Shown here: positions 29,464 through 38,304 of the stretch, one piece after another | Position numbering within the stretch: the first letter of the stretch is position 1 | Layout of the letters: every line of letters begins with the position of its first letter | Source of the DNA: a virus | Reading direction: 5' to 3' (one strand) | Length of the DNA: 64,000 nt | IMG/VR virus record: IMGVR_UViG_3300027816_000055 | Program-made: the position numbers and the translations under genes | Notes under the pieces: model-generated | Databases searched by the model: none | What the model saw: the letters and a program-made list of their open reading frames with translations, nothing else | What the model was told of the DNA's origin: nothing

Positions 29464-29493
29464 AAAACCACATAATATATTATGTGGTTTTTT
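29464..29493. terminator. Hairpin terminator
   Basis: AAAACCACATAAT-at-ATTATGTGGTTTT followed by Ts. Confidence 0.75.
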
Positions 29494-29528
29494 GTTTTTA
29501 CAATTTACAATATAATATTTATTAATAT

Positions 29529-29720
29529 ATGAATATTTATGAAACTTATGATGATAATAATCTAAATCATGTAGAAAATGGTCCCGATTATGGTCAAACT
29601 TATATGGGTTCAAAAATGACTATATTAGCATGGAATATTGAAAATTCATTTGAATTTGAATATTATGATAATTTCAGTTCCAATCAAATTGTTATAGAAC
29701 CACTTATTTCAATTGATTAA
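29529..29720 (+). CDS. Small acidic hypothetical protein
   Basis: 63 aa; TATTTATT at 29516-29523. Confidence 0.5.
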   Translation: MNIYETYDDNNLNHVENGPDYGQTYMGSKMTILAWNIENSFEFEYYDNFSSNQIVIEPLISID

Positions 29721-29806
29721 AATTAATATGTACGTTATAGTGATGTACATATACTTATTATAGTGGGTGTGTCAAGTTTATTCACGCACAATTCGTTTTT
29801 TTATTT

Positions 29807-30391
29807 ATGATCTATCTACAGGATATTTTAAAAGAAGTTACAGATGCTAATTTATTGGAACAAGACTTGAGTCGTATTATATATGTTGATTTGGACGGTG
29901 TTCTGGTTGATTTTGATGGGGGCTTCAAATCCATATCAGGTGGAGTTGATAAATTTGATTATATTAAACAAAACGGTGTGGATAAGTTATGGAAATTAAT
30001 AAACTCACATGGACAAGAATGGTGGGAAACTTTAAATTGGATGCCCGATGGAACAAAATTATGGTCGGCAATTTCAAATAAAAATGTCAAGATACTTACT
30101 AGTGGAAGCACTCGCAACACAGGAACAATGGCTATCAATGGGAAAAAGAAATGGGTTGCGGCTCACTTGGGTCAGATTGAAACAATCGTAGTAAATAACA
30201 GTCATGAGAAACAAAACTATGCACGTCCCGGTGACATTTTAATAGACGATTTATACAGCAATATCAGTGAATGGATTGCAAAAAAAGGAATTGGTATTTT
30301 GCATCGTAATGCAGAAGAATCAATCAATAAATTAAATGACGTTATAAATACTCAAACTGAAACTTATGGTTATAGTTGGTCAAACGTATGA
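29807..30391 (+). CDS. HAD-superfamily 5'(3')-deoxyribonucleotidase-like phosphatase with MIYLQDILKE leader
   Basis: YVDLDGVLVDF (motif I), ILTS (II), K (III), ILIDD (IV). Confidence 0.85.
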   Translation: MIYLQDILKEVTDANLLEQDLSRIIYVDLDGVLVDFDGGFKSISGGVDKFDYIKQNGVDKLWKLINSHGQEWWETLNWMPDGTKLWSAISNKNVKILTSGSTRNTGTMAINGKKKWVAAHLGQIETIVVNNSHEKQNYARPGDILIDDLYSNISEWIAKKGIGILHRNAEESINKLNDVINTQTETYGYSWSNV

Positions 30392-31092
30392 AAATAAGAA
30401 TTTATAACAACACTCTGAATCCTGATCTTTGGCAAGACATCAATACATTAAAGCCCGAAGTCAGAGAATCTTTATTAAAAATAGCACAAGATTTTTATAC
30501 TGACACCGAATTGACTGCACCAATTAAAGATATTTACATGCTAGGTAGCAGTGCCAATTATAATTGGAGTCCAACAAGCGACATTGATTTGCATGTGGTT
30601 GTTGATTTTAAAAAAATCAACAGTGATGTTGATTTAACTAAGCAATTAGTAGACGCTCTAAAAGCAAATTGGAACAAAAGTCACAACGTAACTATCAAGA
30701 ACCGTAGAGTTGAGGTGTATATTCAAGATGTTAATGAGAGAAATCGTTCTACAGGCGTGTATAGTGTATTGAACAACAAATGGGTGTTGATGCCACAGAA
30801 AATTAGAGTGGTATTAGATAACAAATTGATTCAACAGAAATATACAAACATGGTATTGCAAATTAAATCGGCAATAAAAGAGCAAAATTTAGATAAACTC
30901 AAGAATGTACTCAAATTATTATACAATATGAGAGAAGCTGGATTGAGTAAAACTGGAGAGTACAGTGCGGAAAATATCGTATTTAAAACATTGAGAAGCA
31001 GAGGATTTGTAGATCAATTAAAAAATACAATAAATAAACTATATGATTCTCAAGTTTCAGTCAAACAAGAAGATATAAAAAATAATAAATAA
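30388..31092 (+). CDS. Pol-beta superfamily nucleotidyltransferase
   Basis: LGSSANYNWSPTSDIDLH (GS...DxD) and VEVYIQD; ATGA overlap with the HAD gene. Confidence 0.8.
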   Translation: MKIRIYNNTLNPDLWQDINTLKPEVRESLLKIAQDFYTDTELTAPIKDIYMLGSSANYNWSPTSDIDLHVVVDFKKINSDVDLTKQLVDALKANWNKSHNVTIKNRRVEVYIQDVNERNRSTGVYSVLNNKWVLMPQKIRVVLDNKLIQQKYTNMVLQIKSAIKEQNLDKLKNVLKLLYNMREAGLSKTGEYSAENIVFKTLRSRGFVDQLKNTINKLYDSQVSVKQEDIKNNK

Positions 31093-31159
31093 TTTGTAAA
31101 AAAGCATTTTTTTAAATATTTATACATATAGAACAATAGAATAATAAGGACAACATACT

Positions 31160-31651
31160 ATGGCAGATCTACTTAATTCAAACGAAATCTTTTTCACAAG
31201 TTTTGAACCAAAAGTCAAAAATCGCTTTATCCTTTATATGGATGGCATCCCGAGCTTTTTGATTTACAAATTTAAACGTCCAACAGTAAAGAGCGAAAAG
31301 AAAGTATTGGACCACATCAACATTCAACGTTATTACAAGGGTAAAACCACTTGGGAAGAACTTACTATGGAATTGTATGATCCAATTGTACCAAGCGGTG
31401 CCCAAGCCGTAATGGAATGGGTACGTTTATCACACGAATCTGTAACAGGCCGCGATGGTTATGCAGATTTTTATAAAAAAGATTTAACAGTTAACGTATT
31501 GGGACCAGTTGGTGATAAGGTCGAAGAATGGAAGTTAGTTGGTGCATTCATTACCAGTGCTGATTTTGGTGAATTGGACTGGAAAGATACCGGTGAACAT
31601 TTGAGCGTCAATCTTACGCTCTCGGTTGACTATTGTGTTCTTCAATATTAA
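31160..31651 (+). CDS. gp19: Tail tube protein (T4 gp19-like)
   Basis: FEPKVKNRF, YYKGKTTWE, YDPIVPSGAQAVMEW, VEEWKLVGAFITSADFG. Confidence 0.88.
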   Translation: MADLLNSNEIFFTSFEPKVKNRFILYMDGIPSFLIYKFKRPTVKSEKKVLDHINIQRYYKGKTTWEELTMELYDPIVPSGAQAVMEWVRLSHESVTGRDGYADFYKKDLTVNVLGPVGDKVEEWKLVGAFITSADFGELDWKDTGEHLSVNLTLSVDYCVLQY

Positions 31652-31677
31652 TTTACTGCTGTTCTTTGTTCTATTGT

Positions 31678-31709
31678 AAATCCTCTTGACAAAATCAAGA
31701 GGATTTTTT
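31678..31709 (+). terminator. Intrinsic terminator after the tail tube gene
   Basis: AAATCCTCTTGA-caaaa-TCAAGAGGATTT followed by Ts. Confidence 0.85.
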
Positions 31710-31731
31710 GTTTTGTACTATTTATTACTAT

Positions 31732-32064
31732 ATGAAAATAACTCGCAATTATTTAAAATCTATAATTCAAGAATGTTTGAATGAAATTTTGTTGGAACAG
31801 GATGTAACCAAAGATCCAAAAGTTGCTGCTGCCAACGCTATTGTTGCCGCTGCCAAAGTAAAAGTGGCAGATGAAAAAAATAAATATTATAATGATCAAA
31901 TTAAAAAAGCAAGCGAAGAAGAGCGTAATGCAGAACCGGATAAAAAAAATGATGTTCGTAATAAAATTAAAGATTTGAAGGATAAACAAAATGCAGCTAA
32001 ATCTGAAAAACGAACTGCTAATTTAGAAAAATCACAAGCATTTGCCGCAAAAAGTGGAAAATAA
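31732..32064 (+). CDS. Hypothetical Lys/Ala-rich coiled-coil protein with YLKSIIQE leader
   Basis: Start moved to ATG 31732 after TATTTATT (31719-31726). Confidence 0.6.
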   Translation: MKITRNYLKSIIQECLNEILLEQDVTKDPKVAAANAIVAAAKVKVADEKNKYYNDQIKKASEEERNAEPDKKNDVRNKIKDLKDKQNAAKSEKRTANLEKSQAFAAKSGK

Positions 32065-32111
32065 AATATCTAAAAATTTAAAGTATAGCATATGTATTGT
32101 TATAAAATGTT

Positions 32112-32948
32112 ATGAGTGACGAAATTATTCCAATTACAAGACCATCTAGCGCAGGACCAACACCACAAGCACCTGTGGCTAAAACTGAAACCAAATATCC
32201 TACTGAAATTGTAGAATTGCCGAGCAAAGGTTATTTTTATGCACCTGATGATCCACTTAGTAAGGGATCTGTTGAATTGAAAATGATGACGGCAAAAGAA
32301 GAAGATATTCTTACCAATGAATCTTTTATCAAAAAAGGAATTGTATTGGATAGACTATTAGAATCTCTGATTGTAGACAAAAACATCAAAATAGATAATT
32401 TACTTACAGGTGATAAAAATGCATTGTTTATTGCCGCTCGTCGTTTGGCATATGGCGATAGTTATGGTCCAGTAGAAGTAACATGTAATTCTTGCAGAGA
32501 AAAGTGTGATGTTACAATTGATTTGAATGAAATCAAAACCAAGGAATATGATTTTAGCACCAAACAAAAAGGATTAAATTTCTTTGAGTTTGTTCTTCCT
32601 TATGCAAAGCGTGTATTGAAAGTAAAAATTCTCAGCAACAAAGATGATGTTGAAATTGAAAATGAATTAAAAGGTCTTGCTAAAATTGGTAAAAGCAGTA
32701 GTGAAGTAACTACTCGTTTAAAGCATGTTATTGTATCAGTTGATGGTAATAATGACAAATCATACATTCGTCAATTTGTTGACAATGAGTTGTTATCAAG
32801 AGATAGCATAGAACTTCGTAAATTCATTCGATCTATGTCACCTGATATCGATTTGAATTTCAACTTTACTTGTGAACATTGTCAGGCTGAAGAAAGAGTA
32901 GGTGTACCAATGACGGTACAATTTTTTTGGCCTGAATCTGGATTATAA
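32112..32948 (+). CDS. gp26: Baseplate hub/tail assembly chaperone (T4 gp26-like)
   Basis: VELPSKG, MTAKEEDILT, GDKNALFIAAR, CxxC x2, ends FFWP. Confidence 0.75.
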   Translation: MSDEIIPITRPSSAGPTPQAPVAKTETKYPTEIVELPSKGYFYAPDDPLSKGSVELKMMTAKEEDILTNESFIKKGIVLDRLLESLIVDKNIKIDNLLTGDKNALFIAARRLAYGDSYGPVEVTCNSCREKCDVTIDLNEIKTKEYDFSTKQKGLNFFEFVLPYAKRVLKVKILSNKDDVEIENELKGLAKIGKSSSEVTTRLKHVIVSVDGNNDKSYIRQFVDNELLSRDSIELRKFIRSMSPDIDLNFNFTCEHCQAEERVGVPMTVQFFWPESGL

Positions 32949-33150
32949 GCTTCATATTCACAAACAATTGTTTGAGTTGGCATATTATGGTCATCTTTGT
33001 GATTTGACCACAGGATATCATTTACCTGTATATCTTCGCAATTATTATTATAAATTGCTTGTTGATGCCAAAACAAAAGAAGCAGAGTCTTACGAAAACA
33101 AGGGAGAGACACCAAAACAGATCTCCAAACCAAATATTAATAGTCGTTAA
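32914..33150 (+). CDS. gp51-like extension frame, probably fused to the upstream gene by frameshift
   Basis: Frame open from 32914 (RYNFFGLNLDYKLHIHKQLFELAYYG...LPVYLRNYYY); no ATG start; overlaps the T7 run at 32922-32928. Confidence 0.6.
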   Translation, partial: RYNFFGLNLDYKLHIHKQLFELAYYGHLCDLTTGYHLPVYLRNYYYKLLVDAKTKEAESYENKGETPKQISKPNINSR

Positions 33151-33202
33151 TTTTGTAAAAATAAAGTTAATGCCATATTTATATCTATACAATCACTAAT
33201 TT

Positions 33203-35677
33203 ATGGCAGATACAATAGATATCAATCAAATCGATCAATTAAATGATAAAATAAAAAATTTATCAAATGATAGTGCTAAAATACGTAGAATTTTTAGCGA
33301 AATCGGTAAAGAAACAGATTTGTTTGGAAAAGGATTTGAAAAAATTGTCAACACTGCACGTAATACTAATTCTTTAGCCGAAAAATATTTAATATCTCAA
33401 AAATTACAAGAGTCTGTACAATCTAAAATTAATGAAATTAAACAAAAAAGTTCTTATTTAGATGCTGTTGGATTGCAAGCTAAAAGAGATGAAGTTTTAT
33501 TACAAAATAAAATTGCGAAAGCGCAGATTATTGCATTGCAACAATCAAAGTTGACAGGATTGGCAAAGGATAACGCAATAAATTCATTAAAAACTCAATT
33601 AATTTTACAATCTGCTGAATTTGGTTATTATAATAAAAATCAAAAAACACAAGGAAAAACTGTTGATTTATTAAATCAACAGTTAGAAAACTTAGAAAAC
33701 ATAAGCCCATCGTTAGTTAAAAATAATAAATTAGCAGAAGTATTTTCAAATTTATTTGGTGAAAAATTATCGACTGAGTTAATAGGATCAATTGCAAAAA
33801 TGGGTGATTTTGGTAAAAAATTATCCGAATTAAAATTTCCAGACGGGTCTGATATACTAAAAAAAGGTGTAACCAATTTTTTAGAATATGATAAAGCTGC
33901 ATTTGGATTGCGTAAAAGTTTAGGTTTGTTACGTGGAGATTTTGATGTTTTACAAAATAATGTAAAAACAGTTGGTATTGAATTGCAAGATTTGGGTGTA
34001 TCATTTGAACAAGTTGCCGCATCTACAACTGCGATTGCAAATGAATTCAATATGTTCGTGGCATCAAGTAAAGCATTAGTAGCTGATGTAAGTGTAATTT
34101 CCACACAATTAGGAATTGCAGAAGCAGATTCTGTAAAATTTCTAAAAACAATGTCTAGTATTGGTAAGACCACAGTTGCTTCACAAAAAGGAATGATGGG
34201 ATTTGCTCAATCTATGGCAAATGCAGCAGGCGTTCCACTGCCAGCAGTAATGAAAGATGTTGCCGAAGCCAGTGATGACGTTCGTATTTTTACAGGTAGA
34301 AGCGCAGATAATTTAGTAAAAGGAGCAATTCAAGCACGTCAAATGGGAACCACTTTGCAGAACATGGCAAATAGTGCAAAGAAAATGTTGGACTTTCAAA
34401 CAAGTATTGCAGACGAAATGGAAGCAAGTGTATTATTGGGTAAAGATGTAAATTTCCAACAAGCACGTAATCTTGCTTATCGTAAAGACATTGTAGGCGC
34501 AAATGAAGAAATATTGAGAATTTCAAAGCAAGTTGATTTTGACGCAATGGACCCATATCAAGCTGAAGCATTTGCAAAAGCGAGTGGTAAGAGTGTTCAA
34601 GAATTGCAAGAAATGCTACAAGCTGATAAAGAAATTGAATATATTCGCAGAAATGGAACTGTGGAACAAAAAGCACAGTTAGAAAAAATGGAGCAAATGA
34701 AACGTATGCGAGCCGATGAAGCCAAGGATGTTGGCAAAATGGCTGAACAACGTTTGCGTGAACAAGCAAATCAAGAACGTATCAATCAATTGCAAAATCA
34801 ATTCAATAAATTGATGAGTGAATTAGCTGGTCCGGTTATGGATGTTGTTGAACCGTTATTAGAATTAACTACTGCAATATTACCTCCATTATTAAATGGC
34901 ATGAAAATGTTGGTTTTAACATCTGGGTTAATACTGACACCTTGGTTATTAATTATTAAACCAATAAATGCAATCGTGAAGACATTACAATATGGCAAGT
35001 CTTTTATGGGTGCGTTAGCTGCCGGTGGAAAATCATTGGGTAGAAGTTTTAATTTTTTTGGAAGATTTTCTGGTTTTCTTGGAACTTTTGCAAAATTCTT
35101 AGGTCCGATAGGAGTAATTGTAACCGCATTTCAGGCAATTTCTGGTTTTATTAAAGGATTCACGAAAACCGAAGGTGGATTTTTTAAAAAAATGTGGGGT
35201 GGACTACTTGGTGGATTGCAAGCAGTTGTAAAACCAATATTAGATTTATTATTATGGCCATTTCAATCAGCAAAAGAATGGTTATATGGAAAATTAGGTT
35301 GGTTAGGAAATTCACCATCGGGATTGGGACTTAGTATTTTAGATGGAATCAAATCTGTTGGCGGCATGTTATTGGATGCATTAACATTACCATTTAGAAC
35401 AGCATTTAATTTTGTGACCGGTTTATTTGGTGGTCCAAAATTACCTAAGATGTCTGATGTTGTATTTGGCAACAAAGAAAAATCAGGTGCCGACACTGCA
35501 AAAGGAACTGATCTTGGAACAATGATTGCTGAAGGAAACAAACAAGTTGTAGCAAAACTAGATGAGTTAATTACATTAATGTCAAATGGTGGTATTGCTG
35601 TAAACATTGATGGAACCAAGGCAAGTATGTTATTGGCTAAAGCACAAAAAGAACGTGGTGCATTTGGAGCAATCTAA
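33203..35677 (+). CDS. Tape measure protein
   Basis: 824 aa, long helical Ala/Gln/Lys-rich protein with a Gly/Phe-rich hydrophobic C-terminal third; follows tube and chaperone. Confidence 0.8.
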   Translation: MADTIDINQIDQLNDKIKNLSNDSAKIRRIFSEIGKETDLFGKGFEKIVNTARNTNSLAEKYLISQKLQESVQSKINEIKQKSSYLDAVGLQAKRDEVLLQNKIAKAQIIALQQSKLTGLAKDNAINSLKTQLILQSAEFGYYNKNQKTQGKTVDLLNQQLENLENISPSLVKNNKLAEVFSNLFGEKLSTELIGSIAKMGDFGKKLSELKFPDGSDILKKGVTNFLEYDKAAFGLRKSLGLLRGDFDVLQNNVKTVGIELQDLGVSFEQVAASTTAIANEFNMFVASSKALVADVSVISTQLGIAEADSVKFLKTMSSIGKTTVASQKGMMGFAQSMANAAGVPLPAVMKDVAEASDDVRIFTGRSADNLVKGAIQARQMGTTLQNMANSAKKMLDFQTSIADEMEASVLLGKDVNFQQARNLAYRKDIVGANEEILRISKQVDFDAMDPYQAEAFAKASGKSVQELQEMLQADKEIEYIRRNGTVEQKAQLEKMEQMKRMRADEAKDVGKMAEQRLREQANQERINQLQNQFNKLMSELAGPVMDVVEPLLELTTAILPPLLNGMKMLVLTSGLILTPWLLIIKPINAIVKTLQYGKSFMGALAAGGKSLGRSFNFFGRFSGFLGTFAKFLGPIGVIVTAFQAISGFIKGFTKTEGGFFKKMWGGLLGGLQAVVKPILDLLLWPFQSAKEWLYGKLGWLGNSPSGLGLSILDGIKSVGGMLLDALTLPFRTAFNFVTGLFGGPKLPKMSDVVFGNKEKSGADTAKGTDLGTMIAEGNKQVVAKLDELITLMSNGGIAVNIDGTKASMLLAKAQKERGAFGAI

Positions 35678-35689
35678 TATTTATTATAT

Positions 35690-38002
35690 ATGGCAAATAA
35701 TAACAACATAGATGGAGTGATAACCACAACCAATACACAAATAATTGGTAACGGTTATACATTGCCAAGTGATTTTAATAACAGTCGTCAACCGGGTGAA
35801 TTGGCCAATCTTTTTAATGCCAATAGCAATGTTATTTACAACAAGTTCAGTGCGAAGACTGGACAAGTAGGACTATTGCGTTTTGGGCCACGACAGCCAT
35901 TTATTAGTTTTAATCCAAATACAGGAACAAAAGGTATTAATGCATTAAAAGGTGCTGTCCCAAGAATTGGAGCACCATTACAAGATGTAGAACGTATTAC
36001 AAAATGGCAATTGACTGGAACAGGTGTAATTTTCATTGCGAAACAATTTTTGTTGCAAGGTCAGAATGCGTTTAATGAAACAAAAATTTATAATCCAGCA
36101 ATGCCTATTTTGTCAGTTGCAAGTAGAGCATCATTTGGATTGATACCAACACCAACACGTCATCTTGATTTGAGTGGTGGCTTTGCATCTGCTTTAGGAT
36201 TTGGCAGTTCACCTAGACCAATTAGTACAACTGTTGCTGCATCTAACGGTAATGCACTATCGACTCAATCAAAATTGGCACCAAATGCTTACAAAGGTAT
36301 GTTGCGTGGTGTAACAGCAACGTCTGGATTTACATCACTGAGCCAAAAATGGGCGGAAGGTAGCAACAACGCTGGTGGTGGATTATTAAAAGCTGTGGGT
36401 GGATATTTAAAGAGCGCATTCAATAGCATTAAAGGAACATTTATTCCAGTTGGACAACCCGGAAGTTTTCAATATCGTGCGGATGAACAAACATATGGTC
36501 GCATGATGGCAGATCAATCTAAGTTTTACAATTTCAAAAGTGATGGTACTATACCAATTGGTGTTTATCAGCGTTTTTGGAGTGGTAAAGAAATTACAAA
36601 CAAAAAAACTCCACTATCATATGTTCGTTATGCATATTTTATTAAACCAGACGAAGGTATTGATATAAGTTCTGGCAACACTGGTACTATACAAAACAAA
36701 AGTTTTGGTATCACAGATTTCAATCCACAAGATGAAAAGGGTTCATCATATACAACCTATGTTGGACATGATAAATGGGTGTTAAAGGGCAGTCAAAAAG
36801 ATTCATTGGAGCATTCCGATCAAGTTGTTAACTATGCTTATTACACAGATCGTCTTACAAAAAATGTAAAAGACGGAGGCAAATATTTTTCTAATCGTTC
36901 TAAGCTGAATGACCCAAATGATGCTAGAGTAAAAGACATCAAAGAAAATTTAGACCGTGTATTAAAAGGATTGCAAACTAAAGATGTCAATTCAAGCAAC
37001 ATGTCTTATAATTTGAATCCTGATAATGGTTATACACACAGTCCTATTCCTCAATTTAGTGAAGCAATGGGAGGAACCAATGGATATGATTATATTGACA
37101 GAGTAACCAATAAAGATCAAGGATTTGATAAACAATTCAAGTATTTAACAGCAACTAGATTTGCAAATATTAGAACTATAGATCCTATACCAGACGGCAC
37201 TTCGAAAAACGAACATTATGGATTTGCAGGTGCCAGCAGATCTGATAAAATCAATACAATTGGTGTATTAAAAGGATCTCAATTTGCAACCAATGGTGAA
37301 GGATCTAAAACAGGTAAATTATATGATCCATCCACAGATGATTTGATTGCTTTTTATTTTCATGATATTGTCAATGATCGTTATCTTCCATTTCGATCTG
37401 TGTTTAAAGGTATAAGCGAAAGTGCAACGGCAGAATGGAATGATGTAAGTTATTTGGGACGTGCTGATAAATTGTATACGTACAAAGGATTCACACGATC
37501 ATTATCATTTAGTTTTACAGTTAATATTTCGAGCATAAAAGAATTTGCGCCAACTTGGCAAAAAATTAATTATTTCATGGGATTGGTTAAACCAGCAAAT
37601 TATACGGCAAAAAATGAAACTGATCTATTGACATTTTCGAGATTTATCATACCTCCGATGATAAAGTTTACTATTGGTGATTTATATGTAGATCAGCCCG
37701 GTTTAATTACTAGTATTGGTTTTAGTATTCCAGATGATTCTGCGTGGGAAACATTAAATGAAACTTATGCAGCTAAAAATGATTGGACATATTTAAATAA
37801 TGTTATTCAATGGACCGATAAAATAAAAAATAAATATGCTCAATTACCACGAACTGTAGATTTTAGTGTGTCTATGAATTTACTTGAAAAAGAAAAGCCA
37901 ATTGTTGGTGGATCTCATTTTGGATCTGCATATCATACAGATCCATATTATACAAAAATATCAAAGGAAGGTACATTTTCATCAAACTTACTAGTTAAAT
38001 AA
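35690..38002 (+). CDS. Baseplate/tail tube initiator protein (gp48/gp54-like C-terminal domain)
   Basis: LPFRSVFKGISE...AEWNDVSYLGRADKLYTYKGFTRSLSFSF, IKFTIGDLY. Confidence 0.65.
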   Translation: MANNNNIDGVITTTNTQIIGNGYTLPSDFNNSRQPGELANLFNANSNVIYNKFSAKTGQVGLLRFGPRQPFISFNPNTGTKGINALKGAVPRIGAPLQDVERITKWQLTGTGVIFIAKQFLLQGQNAFNETKIYNPAMPILSVASRASFGLIPTPTRHLDLSGGFASALGFGSSPRPISTTVAASNGNALSTQSKLAPNAYKGMLRGVTATSGFTSLSQKWAEGSNNAGGGLLKAVGGYLKSAFNSIKGTFIPVGQPGSFQYRADEQTYGRMMADQSKFYNFKSDGTIPIGVYQRFWSGKEITNKKTPLSYVRYAYFIKPDEGIDISSGNTGTIQNKSFGITDFNPQDEKGSSYTTYVGHDKWVLKGSQKDSLEHSDQVVNYAYYTDRLTKNVKDGGKYFSNRSKLNDPNDARVKDIKENLDRVLKGLQTKDVNSSNMSYNLNPDNGYTHSPIPQFSEAMGGTNGYDYIDRVTNKDQGFDKQFKYLTATRFANIRTIDPIPDGTSKNEHYGFAGASRSDKINTIGVLKGSQFATNGEGSKTGKLYDPSTDDLIAFYFHDIVNDRYLPFRSVFKGISESATAEWNDVSYLGRADKLYTYKGFTRSLSFSFTVNISSIKEFAPTWQKINYFMGLVKPANYTAKNETDLLTFSRFIIPPMIKFTIGDLYVDQPGLITSIGFSIPDDSAWETLNETYAAKNDWTYLNNVIQWTDKIKNKYAQLPRTVDFSVSMNLLEKEKPIVGGSHFGSAYHTDPYYTKISKEGTFSSNLLVK

Positions 38003-38004
38003 TT

Positions 38005-38301
38005 ATGAATCGATATTCTGTGGCAAAAATTGATACTCGTTTTGATGGTAAACGTGTATATAAAAGTGTATTATATCCATCGATTTCAGTTGATAGTTCT
38101 GATTTTTATATTGTAACCAATGAAACTATGTATCTTGACACACTTGCATACAAATACTATAATGACACAAGTTTATGGTGGATTATAGCATTAGCAAATA
38201 ATATTGGTAAAGGTCGTTTGAGTGTACCTGCTGGATTACAATTAAGAATACCGGGCAATGTAATAAAAATCATCAACGATTATAATCTCATTAATTCATA
38301 A
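38005..38301 (+). CDS. Baseplate wedge protein (gp53/LysM-like)
   Basis: LDTLAYKYYNDTSLWWIIALAN...GLQLRIP. Confidence 0.75.
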   Translation: MNRYSVAKIDTRFDGKRVYKSVLYPSISVDSSDFYIVTNETMYLDTLAYKYYNDTSLWWIIALANNIGKGRLSVPAGLQLRIPGNVIKIINDYNLINS

Positions 38302-38304
38302 GTT

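Noticed and set aside
29728-29754. 8-bp inverted repeat ATATGTAC/GTACATAT with a nearby minus-strand TTGACA
   Set aside because: Short and AT-rich; -35/-10 spacing does not fit a promoter
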